A stretch of DNA of 64,000 nt, from positions 319,672,001 to 319,736,000 of the forward strand of contig OZ024742.1 of the NCBI GenBank assembly GCA_964016885.1, written 5' to 3'. A program made the translations under genes and the position numbers. Origin of the DNA: Eledone cirrhosa (Eukaryota). The stretch's first letter is position 1; the number at the start of each line of letters is the position of its first letter. The notes below the pieces were generated by a model. The model saw nothing but the letters and a program-made list of their open reading frames with translations, did no database searches and was not told the origin of the DNA. Below, one piece after another: positions 19,161 to 32,369 of this stretch.

Positions 19161-20038
19161 TTCACAAAGAAGTATTTAAAAAATATATTGCTCTAAAAGA
19201 TAAATCGAATATAAAATTCGGGTGTGTAATAGAGCCAAGAGGTGTAAGGGAGATAACGCAAAGGTGTAAAAAAAAAAACAGTTGAAAATCTTTAGTGCAA
19301 AGAGGAAAATAATGGTGGTAAAAAAAACATTTGACCGGAAATAATCCACACTTTGAGACTAGGCATGGAATAAAGTAGTACATAATTCGGACAGAAAATA
19401 TTCTCTATTTCTTTCCAGTCAAACACCTTGTGAGAAATCAGTCAATTGGTTTTTTAACGAACATACTAAAGTGAAAAGCTCGGAATGGAATATCTTTTTT
19501 TTCAACAAAGATTATGAAACAATATATGTATTCAATAAGTTTCAATTGGATTATATGTTTGCAATAAAAAAAGGCGGGGGGATGCAGACAATTTAGCCGG
19601 CATATCTCAACTGCGCATCGCGGAGAAGAGCCAGTAATACCCACTGCATTAGCCACTTCACCTCACTGGGCTGTTTCCTTAGGCGGGATACACTCCTTGA
19701 AACTTACAAGCTGCAGTGTGATGGGAAACTGGCAGAGTTAAGGTTCCTTCTGACGACGTCGTTCAAGGCAGCGTGCCAAGGGAACCGACTTGCTCTGTGG
19801 TGACAAAAGAGCAGATGTAGTCCAAACTCGTCGACCATGGCTTAACCATTGCATTTGTGTGGCTTACATCGATGAAGCAAGGAAATTGCCTCGTGACTGC
19901 CCATTTAAGTTACTACTCCTACTACTACCAGTAATAGTAGACATGAGAAAGGGATATGGTATCAACACCAGTATATGTAAAAAACAAAGTCTTAGAAAGA
20001 AATGATATGTTTATTTGGAAGTTTAATAAAATACAAAA

Positions 20039-20140
20039 GGCGGTGAATTGACAGAGTCGTTAGAACGTCAGATAGAATGCTTTGCACCCTGAGTTCAAAA
20101 CCCACCGAAATCCACTTTGCCTTTCGAAGGTACCAGCCCA
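20039..20140 (+). mobile_element. Meta-core SINE fragment
   Basis: GGCGGTGAATTGACAGAGTCGTTAGA...CTGAGTTCAAAACCCACCGA...CTTTGCCTTTC. Confidence 0.55.
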
Positions 20141-20439
20141 GTGCTTTTTCAGTCCCTTTCTATTACTCTCACTTCTTTGGAAATATATATAAGTGTTTTG
20201 TTTATATATATATATATATATGTATAAACAAAACACTTTTATAATCAGCTAGACTTCTTATAACGAGCATCCCGTTCCCTGTCATTACTATGATGTGTTC
20301 AAGCTTCTTACATAAGAGGTAAGGTTAAAATGAAAAATGAAAATCGACGAAGTAAAGAACTAAGTAGAATATTTTTTTCTTTCTTGTTCCTGTAGTACTC
20401 AAACACATTTAATGGGTAGTTTTAAAATGCACTCAGATG

Positions 20440-20640
20440 CAGTGTGGAAGATGGATGACTAGTATGACAGCTGTATAAAGAAATCTCAGTGGATGAAACT
20501 CGTGGAAGAAGTCGATCTAGGAAGACGTGGGATAAAGTTCAACTTTAGGAAGCTGAAGTACAAGACAGATATGAAAATGACCGTGAGGATTGGCGACATG
20601 TAGTACTTGAGAAAACTTGCCGGCCAGCATAGAAATCTAA
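20440..20640 (+). mobile_element. RTE LINE C-terminal fragment
   Basis: Translates to ...TRGRSRSRKTWDKV...DREDWRHVVLEKT. Confidence 0.55.
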
Positions 20641-21059
20641 CCTGACCCACGTTTCCTCCACCATCTCTTCTTAGAAATCACTCCTACCATCACACAGAAT
20701 CACCACCTTCCCAACCTTCTCATTAAACTGTAAAACCCCCATCACACCTGTCTTACACCTATGCACATAATTTCTTCACTCTTCTCCCCCCACATCGAAT
20801 CTGTCATTTACCTACCCCCATCTCATTTCCACCCTACATCTCCCATGGGATAGAAAAGTATTTTCAGTTGGCTCTATGATTGACAATCTCCGTAGTTCTG
20901 ATGCTCCGATAAAATGTACGCAACATAATCTGTAAGGTGGTTGGGGCTATTAAGGGCTCCCAGCCGTAGGAAAGTTGCTGAAAAGTGGTTGACACGATGA
21001 CCTCTCTAGTGTTGGTGTCACGTGGAAGTTCTTCTGACCGCATTGTCCGCCTGGTAGAG

Positions 21060-23285
21060 GGTAGTGAATGCCTGGCAACATTCCAGATGCCAGTCACCCA
21101 GTCTCGGTCTCTTCTTGACTCAGGACTGCTGCTCAGTCAAAGAGACGAGCTGCGGAAAGGTCCGTCTGACAAACGGCGACCACATCTGTTCACCGTTCAT
21201 GCAGTATAGCTGGAGATGCCGCAGCCTCAACGCATCATAAGTCACGGCATGCCCAGTCCTCCGCGTAGAGGATGCTGACAGCAGATGGATCACCTCAACA
21301 ACGGAACCTGTCCCTCCACAAGAAGTTGAAGAGGAGCCGTTCCAGCTTGGTGAGGTGCGAACCAAACCTCGAGCAACTTTACCGGTCCGTCCGTCCAGCG
21401 CCCAACAGCCCTGTTGGACGGCATGGACTTGACTCTCCAGGTGCCGAGCTGCAAGCCCACCGACTTTTCCGGGTTAAGTTTCGCTCCCGTCAACCTTTCA
21501 TATTCCTCCAGTAAGGTACCGAGCACCTCGATTTCCGAGGTGTCCGACACCATTACGGTGATGTCATCTTCATAAGCCGATATAGCCTTTCCGCGTCCCG
21601 GTGCGAGCAGGAAGCCCTGCAACACCTCTAGCTTCCCCAGTAAAGGATTGAGAGTCAATACGTACAGAAGGGAGGAGAGAGGGCACCCATTGACTGACTG
21701 ATCGGGAGATCTGAAACGGTTCCGAGACGTGGCCATTACCTTTGACCACCGAGCAGATGCCGCTGTGCATTGCAGCGATCCAGCTTCTAAAGACGGGGTT
21801 GAAGCCAGTCGCCTTGAAGACAGCCTCCTGGTATTGAAGGTCGACCCTATCGAATGCTTTCGATTGATCTAAATTGATCGGAGCCCCACCGAAGCCAGGT
21901 TTACACCCTTCCCTCTCTATGATGTATCGCATGAGGTGGTGGTTGTCGTGTATGGACATGGTCGGGATTGCCCAAGTTTGCGCCTCCTCACCCAATTTCT
22001 CGACGACAAGCGCCAACCTCTTTGCTAACACCTTAGCCAAATTCTTAAACTCTCTATTGAGCAGAGTTATGGCCCTGAAGTTATCTCATGTGTTCCTCTT
22101 ATTCTCGTCTTTCCTTATCAGCGTCACTACGCTCCGGCTCACAGAACTGGGAATACTCCAGTTCTGCTGCCAGTTGCAGTAGAGCGCTTCGAGGAGATCG
22201 GAGAACACACCTGGTATATTTACGAAAAGGTCGTAGGGAAGACCATCCAAACCCGGTGACTTGTGCAGCGTGCATCCGACAAGGGCATCCTGAATTTCGG
22301 CTGAAGTTAGCATTTCGCAGCGCTCAGCCTCGGCCATCGAGAGGTGCGGCAAGACGTCGAGGTAGGGAACTGAAGTCCGCTACCGTCTCTGACACGCCAC
22401 TTGCCCCGAACAGCCAAGAAAAGTGCTGGCGAAAGGCGTCACACATCCGCCTGGAATCGCTCAGCTCGTGTCCGTTTCGGTGCGTCAAAGGCTGAATTGT
22501 CGTTTTGTTACCACGCTGCGCCTCTTCCACGCGGGCCCATCGAACAGCTTTGGTTCCCTCGTTTCTCAGAGCATGCACCTTAGCTCTGACAATGCAGCCT
22601 TCGTGTTTCGCATTGAAGAAAAGGTTTAATGCCATTCTCGCCGCTAGCACGTCAGCTGCAATGCCACTACAAATAACCTCGTCTAACTTAGCTACCAGCT
22701 CCCCTCCTTTCTATTTTTCTCTAACGCTACTTCTTTGCTAAACCCTATCGAAATTATTCTAATCTCTCTTTTGAGAGCGCCACCACCTGTTTCGATGACT
22801 ACCCCTGTCAACTTTTGCTTAACTAAATTGTTGACCCAATCTATGTAAGCCTTACATGCTGGAAACGACATGTTCAGCTTCCAGTAACTAGGTTTTAACC
22901 TACGCATCTTATCTAGGTCGACCATTCAGATCACAATCTTGTGATCTGAATAGGTGTCCGTTTTAAAACGCGGACAGCCTACACTATTTCTATCTATTTT
23001 CCTAATGAAAATCCTGTCTATATACAATCTAGATGTCCCTATGCGGTTGGTCCAGGTCCACACTGGCGCATTAGGGAAATCTAGTCGGTACCTGTCAGAC
23101 AGTTGGAACAGGTTGATCAGGTACTCGAGGCTTCTGCACCCCCCGTTCCTATCAGCTACTCCCATATAATCCCAGCGTGCGTCTAAGTTGCCGTTCCAAT
23201 CCCTCGCTAACAGTAAAGGGCGAGGCGTACCCAGAAAAGCTTCCACGCATCTAAAGAAGTCCGGCCGTCCGGCCCCAGCAGGGGC
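21060..23285 (-). mobile_element. Older frameshifted Tx1/L1-clade LINE ORF2 (APE endonuclease and RT)
   Basis: YSDHKIV, SYWKLN, KSPGLDGLP, DQSKAFDRVD, SAYEDD; colinear with 41252-44083. Confidence 0.92.
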
Positions 23286-23509
23286 GGTGGTTTATAATAG
23301 AAACTGCATCGAACCATAAAAAACTTGCTAAACCAAGAGTCAGGTGGACTCATCAGCCGTGTCAAAGACATGACATCCTCCCTAATTTTGGCGCCATGAT
23401 ATATTCTCGTTTCTGTGCAATATTCTGTCTATAACAGAGAATAACTTATGATATTATGCAATGGGCTGCGGTGCATCTTCACGGATTTACACAGACGTGT
23501 GTGCGTGTA

Positions 23510-24884
23510 TATATAACAAAAAACTCAACCCCTATGGAAGAAATAACCTAGACATCAGTGGAGAGCCGACCTGGAGGTGTAACTCCCCTGATAGATCAAC
23601 GTGTCGCCTCAACAACAAATGCCGAGAACGTAACGTGATCTATCAGTGCAACGTGAGGACGGACACCGCCAACAAAGCTTATATAGGATTAACCGCGTGT
23701 GACTTCAAGACCCGGCTCTACCAACACCGACATACTTTCCGAAACCGGTCCGGCGACATGTCACTACACTTTCGGGCCACATTTGGGACCTCCAAGATAA
23801 TAATATAACCTACAATCTCACTTGGAGCTTACTGTCCAGAGTTAACTCTTACACGGGAGGACGCCGTCCGTGTAACTTATGCTCGGAGGAAACATTACAA
23901 ATGCTGTTTTCGAAGGACCAACTCCTAAACAAGAAAGACGAACTGGTAACCGCATGCAAACACGGATTGCGTAGGACTTACCTCGCCCTCAAACCCCATA
24001 ACCACCCGGGTGGGTAGACAAGGGCTGATACACCCCTACTTGCCGAATAAGTTAGGGGAAACCCCAGCTTACTTAGGTAGATATATCTCTTTTCTTTTCT
24101 TTACCTCTTTGTCTTCTTCTTCCCCCTGTCTCATCCTATCACTTCCTTCCACCCCCTATTTTCTTCCTCGTCTGCTTTTCCCCTTTCGCCTACCCCGATG
24201 CAGCCCATCGGGCCTCTGTAGCATCAGTTCCCCCCACCCCTGTAATTTTAAGATAGAATTGGGCGAATACGTTTTACTAACTACTTATAGCAGACGTGTT
24301 AAACCCCTTTAATTTTGTATCAGTTCTGGTACTACTCAATTCCTACAAGTTTTTTCTATTCTCAACTTATTAACCTGTAATTGTAAGATAGCATTGTGAT
24401 TTTTTTTATTCATTTCTCACTATATATATTTTTTTTTCTATTATCTTTTATTGTCTCCTACTCTCATTCGATTTACCTATTCTATAACCTCCCTCCGCCA
24501 CTTCATACACTATCCTTAGAATCTGCTGTATACATATCACTTTCAACGCTTGACCGCTCCACTCACTCCCCTATTGTTCTACAGGCAAGTTCAGCCACCC
24601 CTACCTCCCACCAAATGCCATGATAGACTTATTTGTGTTTACAACAAATTTTAACCAATCCTCTTGACAACTACAATCTTCCCATATAAGGAAGTACCCC
24701 CTTGACAAGTTCGGCTATTTATTCACCAGGCTAAAAATTCTAATTTAGTCCAGAAATAGCCGTCGAAACGGGTTGAGCTCTGCCGTCGGGGTCATACTTT
24801 TTCCTATTTCCCACTCTACTACCCTAAGTATTGAGTACTCTGGTGCGTTATGGTACATCTGGTTCCTTACCACAATTCCTTTCT

Positions 24885-24885
<1 letters not shown>
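23510..24885 (+). mobile_element. Penelope-like element family C: GIY-YIG endonuclease and 3' region, ending in (TA)n
   Basis: CNSPDRSTCRLNNKC...NVIYQC...YIGLTACDFKTRLYQH, then shifted HIWDL...W...CNLC..E...LLNKKDEL...CKH. Confidence 0.85.
24698..24791 (+). ncRNA. Type I hammerhead ribozyme, U3-A8 core variant
   Basis: Stem I CCCC/GGGG; core TTGACAA; stem II G-C plus CGGCTATTT/AAATAGCCG; GAAA; stem III ACGG/CCGT; GUC site (cut after 24787). Confidence 0.75.
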
Positions 24886-24915
<30 letters not shown>

Positions 24916-25104
24916 CTAAAGAAACGTAACCCTGGTGGAGTCGAAGGGGTACTCTAGAGACATACAGTGTTTCTTGGGTATTTGTTAAACCCTGATGGAG
25001 CCTATCTCCTTCAGGTCTGAACACAATTGATATCTGAATAAAACTTGAAATGAAATCAGATATTGTATGGTTTCATATAGACTTGTAACTCCTGGTCTAA
25101 ACAC

Positions 25105-25285
25105 AGCTGATTGTGAGGTTATGAGTTCGATTCCCGGACCGGGTGATGCGTTGTGTCCTTGAGCAGGACACTTTATTTCACATTGCTCCTTCTGCCTGGA
25201 GTTGCGACCGATAGATAGTATCAGCAATGGAAAGATCAATGGAAACATTGTTTCCTTGGTCCGATTTGACGAAAGTCGATCGAAA
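25105..25285 (+). mobile_element. tRNA-derived SINE (same family as 48161-48372)
   Basis: B box GAGTTCGATTCCC, GTTGTGTCCTTGAGCAGGACACTT, shared 3' domain. Confidence 0.8.
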
Positions 25286-25327
25286 GAAAAAAAAATAAAT
25301 ATATATATATATATATATATATACATA

Positions 25328-25536
25328 AATGGAAGTACAGAATATTCGAAGCTTGAGCCGCAGCTAAGCCGACAAAAGCATTAAGCAGTGCAGCCAAGCA
25401 CTCGATAAGGTATAAAACCTCAGAGTAATAACATACAGTTTAAAGGGCTTTGCAAAATGAAGATAGCGACCGGTAATTCAGCCGCGGGGTCCGTAGCAAC
25501 GAAAGAACTGACTCGCGAGAAAAAATACACACATAT

Positions 25537-25604
<68 letters not shown>

Positions 25605-26118
25605 AACCTGGACCATCACTTCGATATTTTGCAATATCTCAGTTAGGTTTCTGTAAATCCGAAATCAACAAAATCCGCTAGCAGTGTATGCAAGTTAAGT
25701 TTCTGGAAGATCGAACAGTGGATTTACTTTCTAAACAGGCTTTCGTTCTGACACCAGTCCGGTTGTGAGGGCACATGTTACTCCAAAAGGAGCTAACCCC
25801 AGTTTATGGCGGTCAAATTCAAATTATGAGCAATGGAATAGGTTCCGTACACAAACTGAATTAAGCACTCAACCAGACCGTTATTAAACAAACTTAAATA
25901 ATTAACCAATCAATGGAATTGTCAAATTAAATTAATCAATTAATCATTAGGTCTAGGAGATAGTAATACAAATGGAAGTACAGCATATTCGAAGCTCGAG
26001 CCGCAGCTAAGCCAACGAATGCCTTCAGCAGTGCAGCCAAGCACTCGACAAGGTATAAAACCTCATAGTAATAACATACAGTTTAAAGGGCTTTGCAAAT
26101 TGAAGATAGCGACCGGTA
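25328..26118. repeat. About 148 bp direct repeats (25328-25475, 25970-26118) flanking about 500 bp, embedded in (TA)n
   Basis: AAATGGAAGTACAG...GAAGATAGCGACCGGTA present twice with scattered substitutions. Confidence 0.85.
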
Positions 26119-26121
26119 TAT

Positions 26122-26370
26122 ATAGGGAAAAGGTCAGGACCCGACGGCTGAGCTCCGGCCGTTTCGACAGCTATATCCGAGTTTTTTCCTACTACCCACT
26201 TACTTTTTCCTTATTACCCACTCTACTACCCTAAGTATCGAGTACTCTGGTGCGTTATGGTCCACCTAGTATCTTAGTACACCTTCTTTGTTATATATAT
26301 ATAATGTATATATGTTCGGTTCTAGCTGTCGAAACGGCCGGAGCCCAGCCGTCGGGGTCCTGACTCTTTT

Positions 26371-26375
<5 letters not shown>
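26122..26375. mobile_element. Rearranged family C PLE 3' ends: two inverted half-hammerheads around a terminal fragment
   Basis: TAGCTGTCGAAACGGC-loop-GCCGTCGGG(G)TCC on - at 26122-26181 and on + at 26316-26375; 26220-26270 matches 24812-24860. Confidence 0.75.
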
Positions 26376-26429
<54 letters not shown>

Positions 26430-27641
26430 TCACACACGTATGTGTGTGTGATACTTCATGTTTCATGTCTACTTTTACATTTGTATCGGCATTTGTGTTT
26501 ATCTCCCGTAATATTGTAGTGCGAGAAAATACTGACTGATAAAATATGTACTGGAGTCGATATCATCGACTAAAGATATCTTGACGGAGAAGCCCCAGAA
26601 TGGCGATTGACTAATGACTAAAAACAGTAAAAGAAAATAAACAAATAAGTAAATAGCTAAATCAACACATAAATAAATAAATAATAGAATATATTTCGTC
26701 ATTTTTATTACCAAGGTGATACCTACCTGTAAATGGCGTCAGTATATGTCTCCTAGGTTTTCACCTGACGTAATTAATAGTAAACAATTTAACCAGCCGT
26801 TGACTTGCTACATTCATAATAAAATTCTCTTCGAAACACGAAGCTTTAATGTCAGAGACGACGCCTACGTATATAGTGCCATTGACTAGCTCTACAATGT
26901 GTGTTTACTTATCGACTAGCTTTACCATGTCTCAATGTATATAGCACCATAGGCTAGCTTTACAAAGTGTGTCTGTGTCTATGTATATAGCGTCCTAGGC
27001 TAGCTCTACAATGTGTCAACGTATAAGCCACAGTGCCAAGAACATCCACACTGTTGATTTTACGAAGAATTAGTACAGGCCCTTGATGCCAGACACTGCA
27101 AGTTTGCAGTTATCTGTTTTCAAGAAGGACACTCTAGAACACAAGTTAACCACTTTCTTGTTTATATATTCTGCAGGGACACCTATAGAGTAAGACAGTG
27201 AAAAGACCTCCTCAGAAATCCAAATGTCAGATTTTTAAGAAATAACTTACGCCGAGGCCACAGGAAAATAACAAAGAATCAAGTGAATTGTATGATTGGT
27301 TTGCGTGAATACTGTAATAGTCTGACAAGATGCCTGGAAATAACCTTAATCGAATTGCTAACGCTGGCGAGAGTGTTGGCATTTTTTTGTTAAGTCTACA
27401 CCCCTCTGTTTGCTGGATCAATTCTATGTGAAGTGTCTCTTTTGTGAAACGAGAGTAGAATGGCTTAAAGAAAGTGTTATCTTTGACAACCTGCAAATGA
27501 CTCTAGTGGGATGCTTTCCCCAGACTGGTTAACGCCAAAATTTGAAACAAAGGAAAAATGAACACCGTATTGTCCAGGGGTCAGCATACGTGGTGACACT
27601 GATCTACTTTGCTGACATCAGCACAAGAGTTCAAACTACTG

Positions 27642-27677
<36 letters not shown>

Positions 27678-27744
27678 ATATTTATATATACAGGTAAAAT
27701 CTCATTATAATGAATACCATTATAACGAATTTTTCAGTATAACG

Positions 27745-27826
<82 letters not shown>

Positions 27827-28089
27827 CGTAATCCACCCTGTTGTAGTGAGGCTGATAACGGTGTTGGAGCTCAATGTGTCCTTGTAAGGATGGTTGCAGC
27901 GAGATTCGGCAGTGTGACCAGTAGTTTTTATGGTAGGTGATCACCGCCTAAGGTATCCTCGAAGTCAATCAGTCCGGGTTACAGAGTTATTTTCAAATGT
28001 GATTGTGCATAGTACAATAAAAAAAAAACAGAAGCCAGTTGTACTATCTACCTACACCTGGCTTTTTTTTTATATGCCCCCCCCCCCCC

Positions 28090-28146
<57 letters not shown>

Positions 28147-28159
28147 CATACATAATAAT

Positions 28160-28278
28160 AGTTGTTGCTACTTTTGGCACAAGGCCAGCTATTACCCCAG
28201 TGTATTACTGGTACTTTATTTTATCGACCCCGTAAGGATGAAAGGCAAAGTTAACCTCGGCGGGATTTGAACTCAGAA
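28160..28278 (-). mobile_element. Meta-core SINE 3' part
   Basis: Reverse complement of CTGAGTTCAAATCCCGCCGAGGTT...CCTTACGGGGTCGATAAAATAAAGTACCAG. Confidence 0.85.
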
Positions 28279-28294
28279 TGGATAATTATTATAC

Positions 28295-28336
<42 letters not shown>

Positions 28337-28527
28337 CAGACGATTTGTTATGTCTTCATTGCGTTTATTGAGTAGTGAAGCGCGTTTCGCTATTGGCCAG
28401 CTCAAGGTTCGATCTGTATCGATCTAGCCCGACCGTGGAATCAAAAGCTCATCGGACCTCTATACTTACTGGAAACTACGCATTGAGTGCTGACTCTGGT
28501 GAACCTACAGTAACTGGACGTTACAAT

Positions 28528-28570
<43 letters not shown>

Positions 28571-28921
28571 TAAACGGAATAGAAAATGCTGACAAATTGT
28601 TCACAGTTGAAAAATGGTTTAATTAGGAATAAAAGAGTATTAGTGATTGTATGGGTTAGTATTCAGTTGTGGTTTTAAGTTTTTAAGTTTTTACCGGTTG
28701 CGCTTTTCAAAAATAATTTTGAGATAGAGTGTCCGTGTTGTTTGCTCTGATCTGATTAGTTTTGGGAATTCTACCTGTTTTTATGTTAACAAAGTGGCTC
28801 CAGCGCTACTTTGGTGTTGCAAAAGTTCTTGTGGTCAAAACAATTTTGATTGGTCGGTAGAGGTCATGCGAATAAAAAATTGATTTTGCGCCAAGACTGA
28901 GAAATGACTCTTTCACAACAA

Positions 28922-28959
<38 letters not shown>

Positions 28960-29199
28960 TAGTAGTAAGGTGTTCGATGTTGTGATAATGGTTAGCAGGG
29001 ATGTGTGTCAAATGGTTATTAAGATAAGTGTGTGTGTGTGTGTGTATAGCAGAGTAATTCGTGGTAGCAGGGATGGTCAGTAGAAATGTGTCTGTAAGCA
29101 GTGTGTGTGTGTGTGGGGGGGGGGGGGGTATTTTAGCATGTCAAAAGATATTTTTCAGCTTTTGTCTTATACGGAAAAGTGTGTGTGTGTGTGTGTGTG

Positions 29200-29231
<32 letters not shown>

Positions 29232-29376
29232 AGAATGTCTGTGTGTGTGTGTGTGTAGGTGGACCAGTATTTTTTTCCCCCTGGTAAAATGGTGTACATT
29301 ATTCGATTTTTTCAGTAAAATCGGTTCTCTTAATAGAACATCAAAAATCTTAACAATAAAAGGTGTGAAATGATAT

Positions 29377-29414
<38 letters not shown>

Positions 29415-29727
29415 TTCACTACATATATATACATACATATACATACATATATATATATACACATATATTTTTTTGTGTTGCACCATAGAGAATGTGTGTT
29501 TACGTATGTCATTATATATATATATAACTATCACAGACGTCACTCGCAATCGAGTATGACCTGGGAGTAAGTATCATGCTTTCGCAGAGAGAGAGAGGGG
29601 GAGGGAGAAAGAGAGAGAGAAATTTCGTATTCAAGATGGAAGCCGGTAGAAATATAAGAGAATAATGAGAGCGAAGGAGAGTGATAGAGGGAGGAGGAGG
29701 AGGAAGAATAGAGAGAGGGGTAGTGTC

Positions 29728-29761
<34 letters not shown>

Positions 29762-30115
29762 AGGCGGCAGTTTTGATATTTCGCTTTCAAGATGGAAGCC
29801 GGTAGAAATATAAGAGAGTAATGAGAGAGAGGGAGAGTGATAGAGGGGGGAGGAGGAAGGAGAGAGAGAGAGAGGGGAGAGTCAGAGAGATAGTGGAGGA
29901 GGAAGAGAGAGAAAGAAAGGGTGAGAGTGAGAGAGCGAAGGAGGAAGAGAGAGAGAGAGAGAGGCGGCAGTTTTGATATTTCGTATTCAAGATGGAACCC
30001 GGTAAAAAAATGCCGGCCGGCCGGCATTTTTCCATCAGTTTCCGGCATTTGTCGCATGACGACAGTCGTAATTGTCGTCTTAATTATATCTTACTGCCTT
30101 CAAATCGATATGTAG

Positions 30116-30150
30116 CCCCCCCCCCCCCCCCCCTCCTCCTCCTCCTCCTC

Positions 30151-30210
<60 letters not shown>

Positions 30211-30475
30211 GTTGCTATCGTTCCTTCGAAGTAGTAATGTTAGTAGTGGTAAACGTTGTTGTGGTTGGTTATGGTTGTATCGTCCCCTACATGTCGTCCC
30301 TTGTGGCCAATAAATGAAATTATTATTCTTATTCTTTTTATTATTATTAATAGTATAAGCAGTTGTTGTTATATATATGTAAATATATGCATACATATGT
30401 ATGCATGCATATATATATATATATATATATGCATGCATACATATGTATGCATATATTTACATATGTATAACAACA

Positions 30476-30518
<43 letters not shown>

Positions 30519-30997
30519 CAAATATGCATGCATTCATATATATATATACATGCATGCATGCAATCATGTTAACATACATATATACATACATACGCATATA
30601 CATACATATGTGTATGTATGTATGCATGTATGTATGTACGTATGTATATACGTACATACATACATACACACGTATATACACATATACATACATACATTCA
30701 TACATACATGCATTCATGCATGCATGCATACATACATACATACATACATACATACGATATACATACGTATAATCATACGTATATACGTATATACACATAT
30801 ACACATATACATACGTATATACACATATACATACATTCATACATACATTCATGCATGCATACATTCATAAATACATACGTATATACATACATACATAAGT
30901 ATATACACACATACGTACATACATACATACAACATACGTACATAAATACATACGTATATACATACATACGTACATACATTCATGCATACATACATAC

Positions 30998-31057
<60 letters not shown>
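30116..31057. repeat. Compound microsatellite: (C)n, (CTA)n, (TA)n, (TACA)n
   Basis: Direct inspection. Confidence 0.95.
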
Positions 31058-31061
<4 letters not shown>

Positions 31062-31293
31062 AATGAATAATAACAGGTAGACATCATAAAAAGGTAATTT
31101 ATTCCGTGTGCTTACAAATGTTTCCACGGTTGAGGATACAGTGGTCACAGCATTGGATATTTGAGTTCTGCAAATAGTTGTAAATTTGCACATAGCATAA
31201 CTAGACTGTAGTACTACCGTGGAAACATTTGTAAGCACACGGAATAAATTACCTTTTTATGATGTCTACCTGTTATTATTCATTCTTTATATA
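31053..31293. repeat. Perfect 78 bp inverted repeat with 85 bp spacer
   Basis: 31053-31130 is the reverse complement of 31216-31293. Confidence 0.9.
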
Positions 31294-31429
31294 CACTCCG
31301 GAATACAGAAGGATCAGGAACTAAGTTTCTTCAACAATTCTTCCATAACTCGTAGAGTAACCTCCCACCGTACGTCAACCATATCCAGTGTAGTAATTAA
31401 CCATTACTACATCTAGGATAATCCTATAC

Positions 31430-31495
<66 letters not shown>

Positions 31496-31780
31496 TACAC
31501 ATATATAGACACGTACATACATCGAATTAAGTTGAATTATAAAGGCATATATGAAAGCCTACATAATATATTTATGTATAATAAATATATATCTCGCTGC
31601 GGTTGTTTTAAGCTGTCACAGTTACCTCAGTAGCTGTGTGAGAGTGCAAGGCCGTAGTGTTTTTATTTATCTTCGCTGAAGATGGATAAAAATCCTGAAA
31701 TACTATTGTCTAGCGTTCTCACACGGATGCTGAGGTAGCTGTGACACAGCGTGAATAATGTATGTTTTATATTTATTAAA

Positions 31781-32042
31781 CAATGGCAAAAGAGCCCGTC
31801 AGTGCAGGGTACACCTTTCGCCACTGTAAATAAAGATCCCCTCTCTCCTCAACATGGTAGCCTTTAAATAGCCCAAGAACTCTGCTATTTTAGGGGAGCG
31901 AAAGATTTAAACTATATGTTGACATGCTCCGGGAGCTAAATGACCTATGTATCAAATTTGAACAAAATTGGATGGAAACTGTGGAAATGCATCGCCTGCA
32001 TACAGACAGATAGACAGACATTTTCGTTTATATATAGAGAGA
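31781..32042 (-). mobile_element. Short non-autonomous Helitron-like element (degenerate)
   Basis: Minus start TCTCTCTATATATAAACG followed by (GTCT)n as in 47075; GC hairpin CCCTGCACTGACGGG near the other end; CTAG decayed. Confidence 0.5.
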
Positions 32043-32316
32043 TAGTGTATAAGTTTTCATATTGTATAAGCATTCATATTCGCCTCTATTATGAATGACG
32101 CCATGTTAGTACTACTGCTAATTAAGCTAAAAGATACTACAACGTAGTATATAGCCTTCACTGCTATAGAATGTCTGAACCACGCCGTATATACTTTTCA
32201 GCAGAATATACTATCTGCCTGATCATATGTTTGGTTGTCTGTCTAGAATCTATTGAACTATCTCCATTTTAATTGCTTTCTCTTTCATTCAATCACACAC
32301 ACCCCCCCTCTTACTT

Positions 32317-32369
<53 letters not shown>

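Noticed and set aside
19560-19900. CpG-richer patch as a possible promoter (also 8000-8990)
   Set aside because: No downstream exon or diagnostic motif cluster could be supported.
24925-25030. Two AACCCTG(A/G)TGGAG motifs resembling hammerhead cores
   Set aside because: No correctly placed GAAA with stem I and stem II pairing.
25455-25520. TGAAGA...GAAAGAACT resembling the family A hammerhead
   Set aside because: C3 absent, no closing pair for stem II and no stem I.
29570-30060. Three copies of TTTCGTATTCAAGATGGAAGCCGGTA separated by GA-rich tracts
   Set aside because: The repeat is real but most likely subterminal repeats of a DNA-transposon relic; spacers are microsatellite and no family can be assigned.
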